Shown here: positions 39,757-54,385 of the stretch, in pieces
Layout: each line of letters starts with the position of its first letter
Position numbering within the stretch: the stretch's first letter is position 1
Source of the DNA: Trichinella spiralis
Taxonomy: Eukaryota
Direction of reading: 5' to 3'
Assembly: GCF_000181795.1 (NCBI RefSeq)
Contig: NW_003526948.1
Span: 1,401,428 to 1,465,427 of the forward strand
Length of the DNA stretch: 64,000 nucleotides
Notes under the pieces: model-generated
What the model was told of the DNA's origin: nothing
Seen by the model: the letters and a program-made list of their open reading frames with translations, nothing else
The model's database searches: none
Translations under genes and position numbers: made by a program

Positions 39757-40000
39757 ATAGTAGTAGTAGCAGCAGCAACAGCAGCAATAGCAATATTAGT
39801 AGTAAGCTGTTAGCTATTAGCTAAAGTTGTTTTCGCCTACGTTATGCATCAAAGCTACAGCTAACGTTCAACAGCTGTTCTTGTTGACTTTTTGTTTAGA
39901 ACGAAAACGAATGGCCAGAGCAGCAGTCAGTTGGCAAGAAAACGTCGCTTGTTCCTCGCATATTCCGTGAGTACTCTGCAATGCGGAACTATTGCAATTC
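39095..40000. repeat. Gap-flanking duplicate (39095-39543 low-quality copy of 39554-~40000) containing a (CAG)n/(TAG)n microsatellite at ~39692-39790
   Basis: Same sequence on both sides of the N gap, first copy increasingly degenerate. Confidence 0.85.
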
Positions 40001-43000
40001 TGGTTACGTTTGTCCCCCAACTGCTGTTTTTCATTTTATTTATGCTTGATCAAGAAAATACTTCGCCTCATCACTACCATGACCAGAGTGTCGAAGAAAA
40101 ACTACCATGCATCCAATTCCACTTTGCCTTCAAACTAACAACTCAATGCTTTTTCTCTTTAGCGCAACTAAAATCTGGATTCTTCTCTGCCGTACCTGTT
40201 AGCTAGCTTATGCGTTGTGTAACTAGCATACGGCAAACATTGAATTATTGACAAAAGTTTTCTTTTTCTTTTCAATAAATTTATCTTCATACACAAAACT
40301 AAAATTGTAGAAAATTTATGTACATCTTGTTAATTCTAGATGATTATTCAAAACAACTTTCACAATTTTGTACAGTTATTTTGCGTGTAATTTAAATTCT
40401 TTGTTTTGTATATGGAATTTTGTTTTAAGCATGATAAAGCGTTTAAATCGTCTATTTTAAACAGCTGCAAGGAAATTTATTCATCTTCATTCCTACTTTA
40501 CTCAAGAACCGAAGAAAAATACTCACCTAATGACGTCACTGCTTGCTTCTGCAGGCGAAAATTGAAAGCAATCAAATCGCAATCTTGTCGTCCAACTGAA
40601 ATTTTAAACAAAACTAATGCATCACCATCATTATAAATGGTATAATTTTAATGGAACAAAAAATTAAAACCTTTTTTGTGTTAAAATTTTTTTTACTTCA
40701 CTTTTGCGCCAAAAAATAAGCACTCTAGTTGTTATCATTAATTTTTCATGATGATTAATTCCACTCGTACGACCTTCGGACATCTCTAATTAACGCTTCT
40801 TGGGTACGTAGTAGATTAGAAATTTTCCTCCTGAGATTGAAGCAACAGGATTGGCAAACAAACTCTGTTGCATCTGTTCAGAAAATTCTTCCTCGCTCTC
40901 TTGTTAATACGCAACTCACTGCGTCCCGACAACACAACCCACAATGAGTATCGTTGTTCACGCAGTGCAAAATTACCATATGCAAATTTCACTTCCAACG
41001 GACGCAAACTCCAACAACCATTTGCAGCATGAATATTTGAAAATTCATGTGATAAATCAAAAATAAAAATAAGAAAAAGTCATAATTGAAGTGAAAATTA
41101 TATGCAAATAAAATAAATATTTATTTGAATTGCTTTTCAAATTAATTAAAAGAAAACATCAACATTCAAAACTTCCATTTGCAACAGTGATGAGTAAGTT
41201 CAGTATTTGCATGGCAAACGAGTCGCCAAAAGGAAAATAATATATGATGTGATGAATTATTTGTCATTTTTAGTTTCCATAATAAATAGTAGAAATAAGT
41301 TGAAATGAAAAGTACTTTGAAATAAAACATAAGCTAATTTTAATATAATTAGTGTTTTTTTAACAATGAAAGCATATTACTAAGAAATGTATGCTTCAAG
41401 TGAATTAAAGAAAAAAATTTTAGTTACAAATATATTTAAAAAAGATAAAAATAAACATATTTCAATAAATATTTCCACAAACAAAGCCTCTATTTTATCT
41501 GATGACAAATTTTTTTTCTTATAAAATGAAAACTGCTATTATAATGATACATAGATGTATTTACTTATTTAATTTCAAATGAAATTGTCAACATTAAAAT
41601 TTTTCTGTTAAATAGGAACCATTTTTTGCTTGTAAAATATATTTTTGAAACAAATTGTTCTAATTTATTCTTCTTTTATAAAATGATTGAGGAAGAGGAA
41701 GCAGCAGCAGCAGTAGATGGCAGTTGAATTACAACTGCTGATAAACGGCTACTTCTTGCTTTGCGAAACATCAACTACTACCGTATACTTGATAAAAGAG
41801 TCTTTGTTTTCAAACAATTGTGTTGTAAGTAGTTATTAGCGGTGGATGGTATAATTGGAGTTTGACTTTTGCTTAACACTTTTCTTCCGTTTGCATTAGG
41901 CAAACGTAGTTGAAAATCGTTGCCTGAGACAGACGCGCACTTTAAGCAGCCGACGCTAGCGGTGCGGCTTCCTCTTTGGCGGCCGCTTCACCTAGATTTG
42001 ATCGACCAGTACACCAGGCAACGCTCGTCCATGCGAAAGGAGCAACATAATGACGGGTAATCATTTCCGCGCCGACGAACCTTGCCGCTGCTTGCAGGTG
42101 CTGCTCTTTGAAAGTGGCATACGTGACTCAGCAATAAGATAGCTTTGCCATCGACGGCAGTGAGGTGCCAACGAGCAATTAGGATGATCACCAACATTGA
42201 ACAACGTTTCAGGAAATTATAATGTACCAACGTCTAACATTCATAATTAGTTAAATAAATCGTTAAAAATAAGGGTTGTTTGTGATCATCGAATTGGATA
42301 ACTAGAAGCTTCTTGTTCAAAGTCGTCGCTTGACGACCGTATACAAAAAGCAGCCTATTGGCCCAAAGCGATCTTTTTGTGACTTAGTTAGTAGCTTGAC
42401 TTTTCATTTTCGCTATAACTTAAATCACTGACACTGCAATCATGACTAGTTTACTGTAACTTCATATGATATTTTCAAACATTTTTGGTATTGTTCTGCT
42501 TTCATTTCAACACATAATAATATGGTAAGTGAAGTTATCAGTTGATAAGGGGGAAAAGATTGCAATTTTTCATCATATAATAAATATTCTATTTCATATT
42601 TTAGTAAAATAATTTAAAAACACACACGGAAACTGTGTAAAAAAAATTTGCTAAGAGAATAATTATTCAATTAAGAGCAGAACAAAAATTTACCTGTGAA
42701 GCCTAGAGTGAAGATAACCAAGGCAAATTATAAAACCTATTAGATCACCATCGCTGGTTTGACAGCAGGTACAGCGTCATAATATACTGACCTTTCACTT
42801 TTGTAATATTATTTTAAAAAAGAAACCGACCGCTGAGCGAGCTTCTTTTGTAGAAAAAGGTCAGCGCTTAGCTGGATATTATTCGTCACTCTAGCTTATG
42901 CTGATTAGGCTTACACCGTGCGGTGATAATTATCTTTTCCGTGAGGTTGGCTGAATTGTTGGCGTTAAGTGAAAAGACATTAATGAGTATTGTTTCATTT

Positions 43001-43960
43001 CCGATGTAAATAAATTGCATAATTTCTCACAGAATCACACCTTCAGATATTCCCTGGAATAGAAGAACTGTAGAATCGAAAAATTATTTAAAAAATCCAT
43101 CACTAGAGCTAGTGTTAACTGGAGCAGCTAATTTGACAAAACTTATGACACTGGTTGTAAAATTCATATGCACTGCACAGTTAATTTTTGAAACCAATAA
43201 AAAAGCAGTTTTCATAGGAATTTTAAACTTGTCACAATCTTTTTAAAATAATGCCATAAAATCAGACGGGTTACTCAAGAATGGGCAGTTGTCTACAATA
43301 ACTACAATGATTACGTGATAGAGCATGTGGATTAAGCACGGATCAGTATTATGGTCAACAGGTTTTTGATCGAAATTTTACGATACCATAGTGTATGTTT
43401 TTCGGGAATGTTTGCAGTGCAGAGAAGCTGTGAAAGGTCGCAACCTGCTGAGCAGGCCAGACATATTACGATAAGCAAATCTGGCTCAGTTACGGCTTTG
43501 CCAAATTGCCAAATGAAAACCTTGTCAAAGTAGAGACCATTGTTCCTTATTTGATCATAGCAATGGCTTAGCGCCACATGGTCTGCTTCACTTCATTTTC
43601 ATTTATTAGCATGTCAGAGCCATGTGACGCATTTTTATTCTACAAGGTGTTCTTCATTGTCAAAAATAACAACAGCAGAGAATGTAGTTGTTTCAGACAG
43701 ACTTTATTATCTCAAACAGGCCCATCACGGCCTGTACATTTTCTTGCTCACAAGCCCATTTTCTGATATTATTGTCTTGCTTTGGAAAATTCGTCTATAA
43801 AACTGCAATAAATTTGGCCGGTTGGCAATAAACGTTCAATAACAGGTTGAAAAAAGAGCTCACCAAGTTTGTATCTGTTTAATGTTTACCTTAAAAATAT
43901 ACCTTGAAGCACTCTGCTAAAGGCAAGTCACCTTCAGCGGCACTGCTTTGTATTTTCACT

Positions 43961-46764
43961 ATGGCTATAGCAACTGCTTCAACTAGCCTCGTAAGTAAAA
44001 TAAATTTGCATTTTCTTATTGCATAAACAAATGTTGTTATGAACAAAAATTAATGTTCATTGAAAACTGTACAACACTGAGCTTGGAAAATATCAATTAA
44101 AACTTTTACTTCAGATAACTTCAGATTGTTCAGAAGCATATTAATAACAAATTGAGAGACCTTTATTTTCGTGGATTAATTTTTAACTTGTAAAATTGTC
44201 TTTCTGCTTATAGCACAACTTGAATTTTTATTTCTTGATATTCTTAAGTTAATTTATTCATCATACAAACAGAAAGAGACGTTAGGAATGCAAAGTATGA
44301 CCCAGTATAAATGTTGATCACAGCTAAATCAAAATTCATTTCCAACAAAAAATAATTAATTTCATCTGTACAAGGTCTTTTGTAAAGCATAACTTAAATA
44401 ATTAGCAGTCGGTGATCTTTTGACTATTCTATTTTCCACGCAAAGCGCATTTTTTACGTTTAAATGATCAGTGAATAAAAAGATCATCATAAAGTCCACT
44501 TATTTATATAGAAAGCAAATCATCTGCACTAATGTTAAATGAACTACCAGCAAAAGCAAAAAGCATCATACTTGAAAAGGCAGTATTGGAAACCAGTGCG
44601 CAGCTATATTTTTAACGTAACCTGTATTCCTTTACAACTGAGTGACCGTTCGCATCAGAAACATCAGTGATATAGGGAATGCTAAGCTTTAGATTAGCTT
44701 TATGCACTTTGTTTACATCAGCACTGCTGAATTTTCAACAGAAAAGATTAAAATATTTCAGCTAATGAACGCAGACGAGATTTCCTCGATTCATTGCTGG
44801 GGTCAGAATACTTCTGTGTCATGTCCAACGAAAATGACAAGAGATCTCTGTCGGACACTATTGACCCTATAGCCAGCTTCATTTTCGTCTATTGAGCTCT
44901 TTCTTGGAGCTAAATTCATTAGCTCAGGCCAACGGCTATTGAGTAATTGCCTCAGTATAAGAATTAAATGTTGTCAATATAATGTGCATTTAAGCAGTTT
45001 GAAAATGAATATTATTGTCAACGAACTCCAATACGCTAGCATTCTCTCATTTAGGATCATTCGATGGGCCAGAATCCGTTGGCAATGTTGACATCCCAAT
45101 GCAATCGTGCAGTGAACAGCAAAAGCAGCTCTACGCTAAATTTTACCAACAGTTCTACCACTACTAGTTGTTTGGCAGGGAAAAGTAGTAGCTTTCAGCC
45201 ATGGAAGAAATTGCCCGTCAGCAATGCGTCTGATTTGTCCATGCTTTCCTATTGTAATTCTTCTTCAGTGCTAACTCAGAATGCACCAACTGCAGGAAGT
45301 GGATTTACCGCTGAATTGTCAACAATGTTTCAGCCAGGAAACACATCCATTCCAACAACCCCTGCGCTTACAACTGCAGTTTACAGTCCATATCCTGGAA
45401 GCAACTGGCTACATGGAACTGCTGCACACGCAGTTAATCCATCAGGCAGTAGCTGGTGGGATTTTCATGGTGGTTCTAGCAGTTGGCTAGATGCAACTTC
45501 ATCGATGCGTCCTGCACCTTACCATCATCATCATCCATCATCTATGGAATATGGTCCACAGAATGCAAGTGGTTTCAGTCCTGCTCTTAATCAACCAAAT
45601 TTTTCATTTCTGCCCAGTGGCCAAATGATCAGTCCTTCAAAATCTCTACCCACCGTCAAGCGGTAAGAATATTATTAAAGTAACAATTGCATAGCAGTCA
45701 TTTTTATTAACTGCATGCGCAAATGCACGACTTTTAATGTTCATAATCACCATTTTATTATTGTTATTATTATCTTACGCTTGATAAGAAGCATCTTTTG
45801 CTAGCCACTATGAACATTATAATGGGTCAAAAGCTTCAAGTACATTGCAGAATTACAAAAGAATCTATTACAAAACTCATTATTATCAGTATTTTAATAG
45901 AATATTGATGATATTATTTTCTATAAAATTACTGCTATCCCACTTTTAAAAGACAATGTGAATTTAATTTGTTTCTCCTTTACTTCTGGGACCATTACTT
46001 ATCGGATTTATAGCAGAGGATGTTTCAACTGGGATAGCTTTATTTAAATACATAAGCCATATAAATCTTCCATGAAGTAGCCAACAAATGAAAATATTCC
46101 ATTATTTCTTGAAGATAATCTTTGATGATCATTATCTTAGTGTTCAGTGCTTAAGAACAATTAGTCAAATTTCTATTGCTAAATACTGAACTCAATATTT
46201 TAAAGGTATAATTCGACCAATCGTTCAAACTGTGATTGTCCCAACTGCCAAGAAGCAGAACGACTTGGCCCAGCTGGTGCTCAACTGCGCAAAAAAATGA
46301 TTCATAGTTGTCACATTCCGGGCTGTGGAAAAGTGTACAACAAGACTTCACATTTGAAGGCCCACCTACGTTGGCATACCGGTGAACGACCGTTTGTTTG
46401 CAACTGGCTTTTCTGCGGTAAACGGTTCACCAGAAGTGATGAATTACAACGTCATCTGAGAACACATACAGGCGAAAAGCGATTTGCTTGTCCGTCATGC
46501 AACAAACGCTTTGTCCGTAGTGACCATTTGCAAAAGCATTTGAAAATTCATTCTGACGAGAAGATAACCGCAGTCAGTTCAAACGAAACATCCCAGTCGA
46601 GCAGAGATCAGAATACATCTCTTAGCACTTCAAATTCTTCTGACATGCCTATGACATCTGAAATTTATGCTTCACCGACAGCAAATTCTCCAAATAAAGA
46701 CGTCTGTGCTCAGCAGTCTCATCTTAAAACTGACTCTCCTTCCAACTGTGAACTTCGTCTTTAA
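43961..46764 (+). CDS. Sp8: Sp6-9 (Sp8/Sp9-like) zinc-finger transcription factor; exons 43961-43990, 45055-45662, 46206-46764
   Basis: Sp box [17 protein letters not shown] and SWWD motifs, buttonhead box [16 protein letters not shown], three C2H2 fingers ...[38 protein letters not shown]. The first micro-exon [10 protein letters not shown]|gtaagt is in phase but less certain. Confidence 0.93.
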
Positions 46765-47692
46765 TATAAATTTTTGTCACACACTACAGCAAGCAAGCAA
46801 GTACGTTAGCAATTTTCTGTATTCTCTAACTAAATTCATTCGTGATCATTAAAAACTGTGTTCAGTATTATTCAGTGTAAATTATTCAATACAATAAAGT
46901 TCAAAGTTAAATAATCCGTTTTAAAATCGTTATCACAGTTTCATTACTGAAAAGAAAAGAAAAGAAAAATATATTTCCATTCACAAGTTCGATAGTTAAC
47001 GATACATAGCTTCGTGCTACGCAGTCCATCGTTAACATATCAATAACTTAAAGACTTGATGAAATGCATAAGAAATGATATATGATTCTGCACAATCATG
47101 ACTTTTTTATGAGAAGATTTTTAACAACAAATAATATCTACAAATTACATGAATTACCTTTATGCAAGCATTTTGCAATGAAAAATTATTAATTTATATG
47201 TAATGTTTAGATGTGATGTCTCTCCTGGCAGTCAGTGTAGAGACGTTGCTTGAAAAGCTTCAGTTTTGGACAATATACTTTTAACTGCATCCAGTATGGC
47301 CTATTTTAAATGACTGACAAAGTATCGATGAAGAAAAGTTTGCCAAAATTATTCTTCAACACGATTCAACATTGAAATGTAGAAATATTATTGAAAATTT
47401 CACCGTACAATTTTCACCAAATCATTTGATAATTAATTATTATATTCAAGGTGTTGCTTTGCACATGTAGAGATGAAAGATTAAAAAATAAAATGCGGTC
47501 ATTGCAATCTTACTTGAACAGTGCTGAAATTCGACCCATATTTGGATGAAAGAAAGTAAAATATGTGTCACTTGTTATTTGGATGAGTTACCTTACTCAC
47601 CCACATAATGTCCTGAATTTGCAGAAGTTTATAATGATGATGGAGAATTTCTACCAGATCAGCATTAAAACATTAAAAAAAATTAATTTCAA

Positions 47693-47723
<31 letters not shown>

Positions 47724-49332
47724 GTAGTAGTAGTAGTAGTAGTGTAGTAGTTATTCGGAAATTCAACTGCCATTGGAGATGATATTTTTCATCATCCCTA
47801 CCTATATCACATTGTAGTATCATTAATTCCTTGCGATGCAGCATCTGGAAAATAGTGCTCAAATAGTTTTTTAGTTGTTGTATTTTTCAAATAACACAAA
47901 AAGTAGAGTCATATTGAAAGCACTGTGCAAGTTCAAAGTTGTAATATAATTTAATTGAGATCATTGATAGACAGACTATTTATTCTGTCGTTTGGAAATT
48001 TCACTTTTCCTTTACGATGCAGGTTGATGAACTTTGAACGATACAAATTGATCATTTAACAAGGAAATCATAGAGAAGCATAAAACAAACTGATATGTAT
48101 CAAAAAAAAATTAAAATTGAACGATGATAAAGTGATTAATTATTATTATTATTATTTTGAATTCCAAACATTCAAAACTAATTTAATCTTGCTTAAGAAC
48201 AAAACCTACAGTAAGTAAGTAATAGGAAATACAACGTGACTTGATTAAGAAGAAGAAAAAAATTTTTTCTTGTGCTATTAATTTTATAAAGTACAATTTT
48301 TGAACTATTTTTCAATAGTGCTTTTGGGAAGATACTTGTTTTGTGGTGAGGAAAAATTTTGACACAACAAATTAAATTTCGTAAACAGCGAGCTTAATTA
48401 CAGCCCTGTAAGATTACCCAGGGTAGTATTTTATTAAAACCTGCTCGTATGACCTGAAATATTTTACGCCTACGAAATTTCACTTCTTGGCAAGGCCGAC
48501 ACCGAACATTCTGCATAGAATAATGCTACTACTACCGCTACTGAAGAATGTTGCACTTTTCACCAAGTCCTTGGTTGAATTCATTATTTTATAGTTGCGA
48601 AAAATGACAATTTCTATCTATACAAAATGATTCATTCACCAATTTGTGAAAGCTGAGATGAAAGTTTCACACGAAGTTGTTGTAATTTATCTATTTGGGA
48701 ACATCTGTTTGATTATTTGTCCGTACATGGAAATTTAAATATCACATGATCACATTTCTACTTTACTTACCATATCAGCGTATTGTAATCGTAATGGCTT
48801 TCCTACACAATGTACAGCGTGTGCAAATGAACAAAGCAAAATCATATGTTATTCAATTTAACTGTTCCTGTATTGAAATAATACTAATACTAATACTAAT
48901 ATTAATAATAATAATAATACCTAATGAATTTCCTTCTGTAAAATGTCCAGAGTACAGTTACAAAGTATTACGTAATGCTTTTGGTATGACAAATATTGCA
49001 AATCAATGCATGCACAAGAATAAAGAAATATGACGCAGCATAGGTGATGATGGAATGACACTGCTTGCTGTTCAAACATTTTACACTGAAGAAAAGGGAA
49101 ATCCACAAATTGATACACAAATTCCAGAAAAAAAAGTAATTATTAGACAAGAATGAAAAATTTTCAATATTATGGAATATGACGAATTGAAGCTTTTAAT
49201 TTTTATTGAAAAAAAAGAAGAGAAACAACACCGTCATGAGAAGAGAAAGAAAACAGTAAAAGAGAAGAAAAATTAATAGAAATGTTAACTTGCTTTGCTT
49301 ATTTCGTGTTTGTCTGTGGGCGGATATGTTGT

Positions 49333-50145
49333 TCAAACGTGATCGGCGGTCATCTTGAGCACGGTCGGTTCGACGTTGCCGTCGTGTAGAACAACTTTGT
49401 GTTGCAAGGGTGTGGCTGATCTGGCGAACGAAACTGATCTATTATTGCGCAACTTTCTGTACCTGCAGGCGTGTTTGACGTGGGCAAAATTAGCCGCAAG
49501 GCAACCGTTGAAATGAGACAAGCCGAGAAGCACGGCTACACAGCCGATCAAGGCACTCCAATACCAAGGAGCGAAAACTTGGGTGAGTTTGCAAAATTTG
49601 CTGACCGGGTCACCGCAGAGAATCAAACTGACGGCGGCTTTTTGGTTCCCGCGTGCCATGAGCAGGGAAACGAGAGAAAAATTGAAACAGCGTTCAGTTT
49701 CCAAGCCCACTTGAGGCAAGCAGATCGGCGTGAAAAATAGAAACGCGGATATGAGCACCACAACAACGCAAAGTATACCAAGCCAGCAGATATTCAAAAC
49801 GTACGTCAGTGACCAGAACAAGGCACACGCGAGACGACTGCCAAGTCTTGAGCAGAGGCAACTCGAAGGGCGCCCCTTGTAGGCACATTCCAAATGCCTG
49901 GTGGCAAAAAAGCCGACCAAACACATGGCCGATGTGGTCGCCAGCATTACACCGGCTAGAACGATCAGCGCCAATTTGACACGCTCCGTCCAAGGTAGCA
50001 GGAAAGCGAACACGTCGCTGGCTAATTCTTCCATCGCTTCAACACCGCCGTACATTTTCAAACAGAACACCGCTACCCCCAACCAGCAGACGACCAAAGC
50101 CACGAACGAACCAACCGGAAATGCCCCTTTGCCCATGCACGACAT
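49333..50145 (-). CDS. Proteolipid protein/M6 (PLP/DM20/GPM6, nmgp-1-like) four-TM membrane protein, single exon
   Basis: 270-aa ORF with ALVVCWLGVAVFCLKMYGGV, GFFAT, TYVLNICW, CFNFS..CGDPVSKFC and HFNGCLAANFAH, matching the myelin PLP/M6 family pattern. Confidence 0.85.
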   Translation of the reverse strand: MSCMGKGAFPVGSFVALVVCWLGVAVFCLKMYGGVEAMEELASDVFAFLLPWTERVKLALIVLAGVMLATTSAMCLVGFFATRHLECAYKGRPSSCLCSRLGSRLACALFWSLTYVLNICWLGILCVVVVLISAFLFFTPICLPQVGLETERCFNFSLVSLLMARGNQKAAVSLILCGDPVSKFCKLTQVFAPWYWSALIGCVAVLLGLSHFNGCLAANFAHVKHACRYRKLRNNRSVSFARSATPLQHKVVLHDGNVEPTVLKMTADHV

Positions 50146-51712
50146 GCTTGCATTGTTGGCAAGCAGGCAGGCGACTTGCCAACCACAGCTACTGCAAGCT
50201 TATGTGATCTTGGAAGCAGCCAAAAGCGCAAGCAGCCTAGAATAAATACCGAGAATTGTATGCAGAATAACCAATGCAAAAATAGACAGCAAAGAACAAA
50301 TGCAAAGACTACGACAACGACGACGACGACAACAACGCGAGCTGTTGTTGTTAATGTGACGAAAAATGTCAGATGTATGTTCTGACATTCTTTATTTTTA
50401 TTGACAAAATGATTTGTCACTTTATTGAACACTGTTATTGGCTGCGAATGATTATAAACAACACTGTGCTTGCATAGTGTTTTGTGATTTTCTTTTCTTT
50501 GATTGGTTGAAAACAAAAAACACAACGGAAGCTACTTATTACATTGCTGGTATTAAATTGATGCGAACTGACGAATAACTGTTAACATCCTTGACACAGC
50601 AGCAGCAGCAGTGGGATTCTCTCTGGTCTTCCTCGTATTGCGCGCAGCGTGAAGATGATGATGATGATGAAGAAAGCAGAAAAAATCCAGACCAACTTGC
50701 TCGCTTGACTGGAAGCGTTGTCCAGTTCCAGATCAATTAACTTAACTGTCTCACGTCTGCTTAGCAGTCCAAGTAATTTGTCTAACCCAGATGGACTGGC
50801 CGTTCAGTGTGAAATTTTTCCGTGAAGAAGCGACAGTCCGGGTCAATGGGTCAGAGAAGGGGTCTTCAGTTCAAACGAAGTTCCACTTCAACCACAAAGC
50901 TACTCGGGATTATTAATTTCATAAAACAGGAAAACACTACGCGCAGTATAGAACATTTTTCTTGTAGATCAATTTCCTTTCAGTCTTTTTAACCTTCGCT
51001 ATTAATAGTCTATTTAATATTTGCTTCGAATGCTTCAAGATGTTGTTTCACCAAGCGGAGCTAAATACAACAAGAACAAACGTTGAACACATATTTTTTT
51101 GTTTGATCAACAGCGTGTTGTTGCACGTCTAATTTTTGCACGCTCAACTGCCTGCAGATGGAATGCTTGAATTCAGCTGTTGCAAACTTCTGCATCTGCA
51201 ACCAAAAAAAAAACCAATTTTCAAAACTAAAAATTCTACTCTCATTTTTTCTCAAATCAATACAATAATAATAATAACATAGGATATTATGAAAATAAAA
51301 TTTTATTCACAAAATTTCACACCAGTTTAAGCACAATGTTCAAATTAATTATTCGCACAGATTGCAAGATTGTATTTGTTGAACAACAACATACGACAAG
51401 CATGCATGTGTGTATTATCTAGTGACGAAAAATGTTCACGCTCAAAAGTCTATAAAATGGAAAAAGAACAGATGTTTTCGTTAATTTAAATGGCATCAGT
51501 TTTAATTTTTGAATAAATTTTTTCATAATTATTGCATGAACGTTTCATACAGAAATAACAACAATATTAGTTTTTAAATTAAAATGATTGCTTAATATAT
51601 TCGATAAAAATAAATATAGTCGATACATTTCAATGATTAGATAATGAAACTGATGAATGAGAAATACACATAAAGTGTAAAATCAGTAACAGATATTTTG
51701 AACAAACAATTT

Positions 51713-53602
<1,890 letters not shown>

Positions 53603-54385
53603 CCTGAAAAAGTGAAGTTATTTATTCGAACTTGAATGATACTAAAATCACTTGTATACAACAGGAACAGCGCAAGTGTTAAATAGTAGTGAAATTAAAA
53701 TTAAAAAAAATCCACATTACTTGTAATGTCTCTGTAATCACACTGCACAATTCAAAGCTCACCAACTCCAAGCCTACTACAACAACAAATAACACGACCC
53801 GCGATAGCACGGCCCTTAAAAGCATAAATAATTTAAACTATTGTTAAAATGAAAATTGTTTAAATTTAAACAAATCTCACTTTAAAATTCGTACTACATG
53901 CACTTCGTACCATATTTAGCCAGTAACACGCTACTTTAAAGTCTTTTTGCATGCATTGATTTTATCATGAAAATGTTGAAAACAAAACGAAAAACATAAA
54001 AGAATAGAATAAAAACAAAAATAATAAATTTATGCACTTCTTTATTTTGTATTTTATAAATCTTTCACGAAACGAACAAAAAGCAAACACATAAATAACA
54101 TCACAACAGTCCAATGAATATACAACGGGGAAGTCCATTAGTGAAAGAAGATTCTCTGATTGAACGAACATCCAATTTTGCTAATAGCCGTTGTTTCAAA
54201 CGAACAAGGTTAGAGATTATTTTTCAAGAAAAAAAAAGATAAATGCATGCAAATATCACAAATTTTGCTAATGGAAAGCAAATTATACGAACAATGAATA
54301 CAAAGCAGAAAAAATAAAACATCACTGTACACACTCGTGTATACTTGACAAAGAAGCAAAAATATTTTTCACAATCGCACATCTC

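Noticed and set aside
39554..39793. Poly-Leu ORF
   Set aside because: Translation of a CAG/TAG microsatellite next to a gap.
42911..42930. ttacaccgtgcggtgataat resembles a phage lambda operator
   Set aside because: Short chance match in eukaryotic intergenic DNA with no other phage or vector sequence.
53721..53825. Signal peptide making the Aurora-like kinase a secreted effector
   Set aside because: Both candidate donors are phase 0, but the next exon is open only in the frame needing phase 2. The fusion stops at DGREEELED*.
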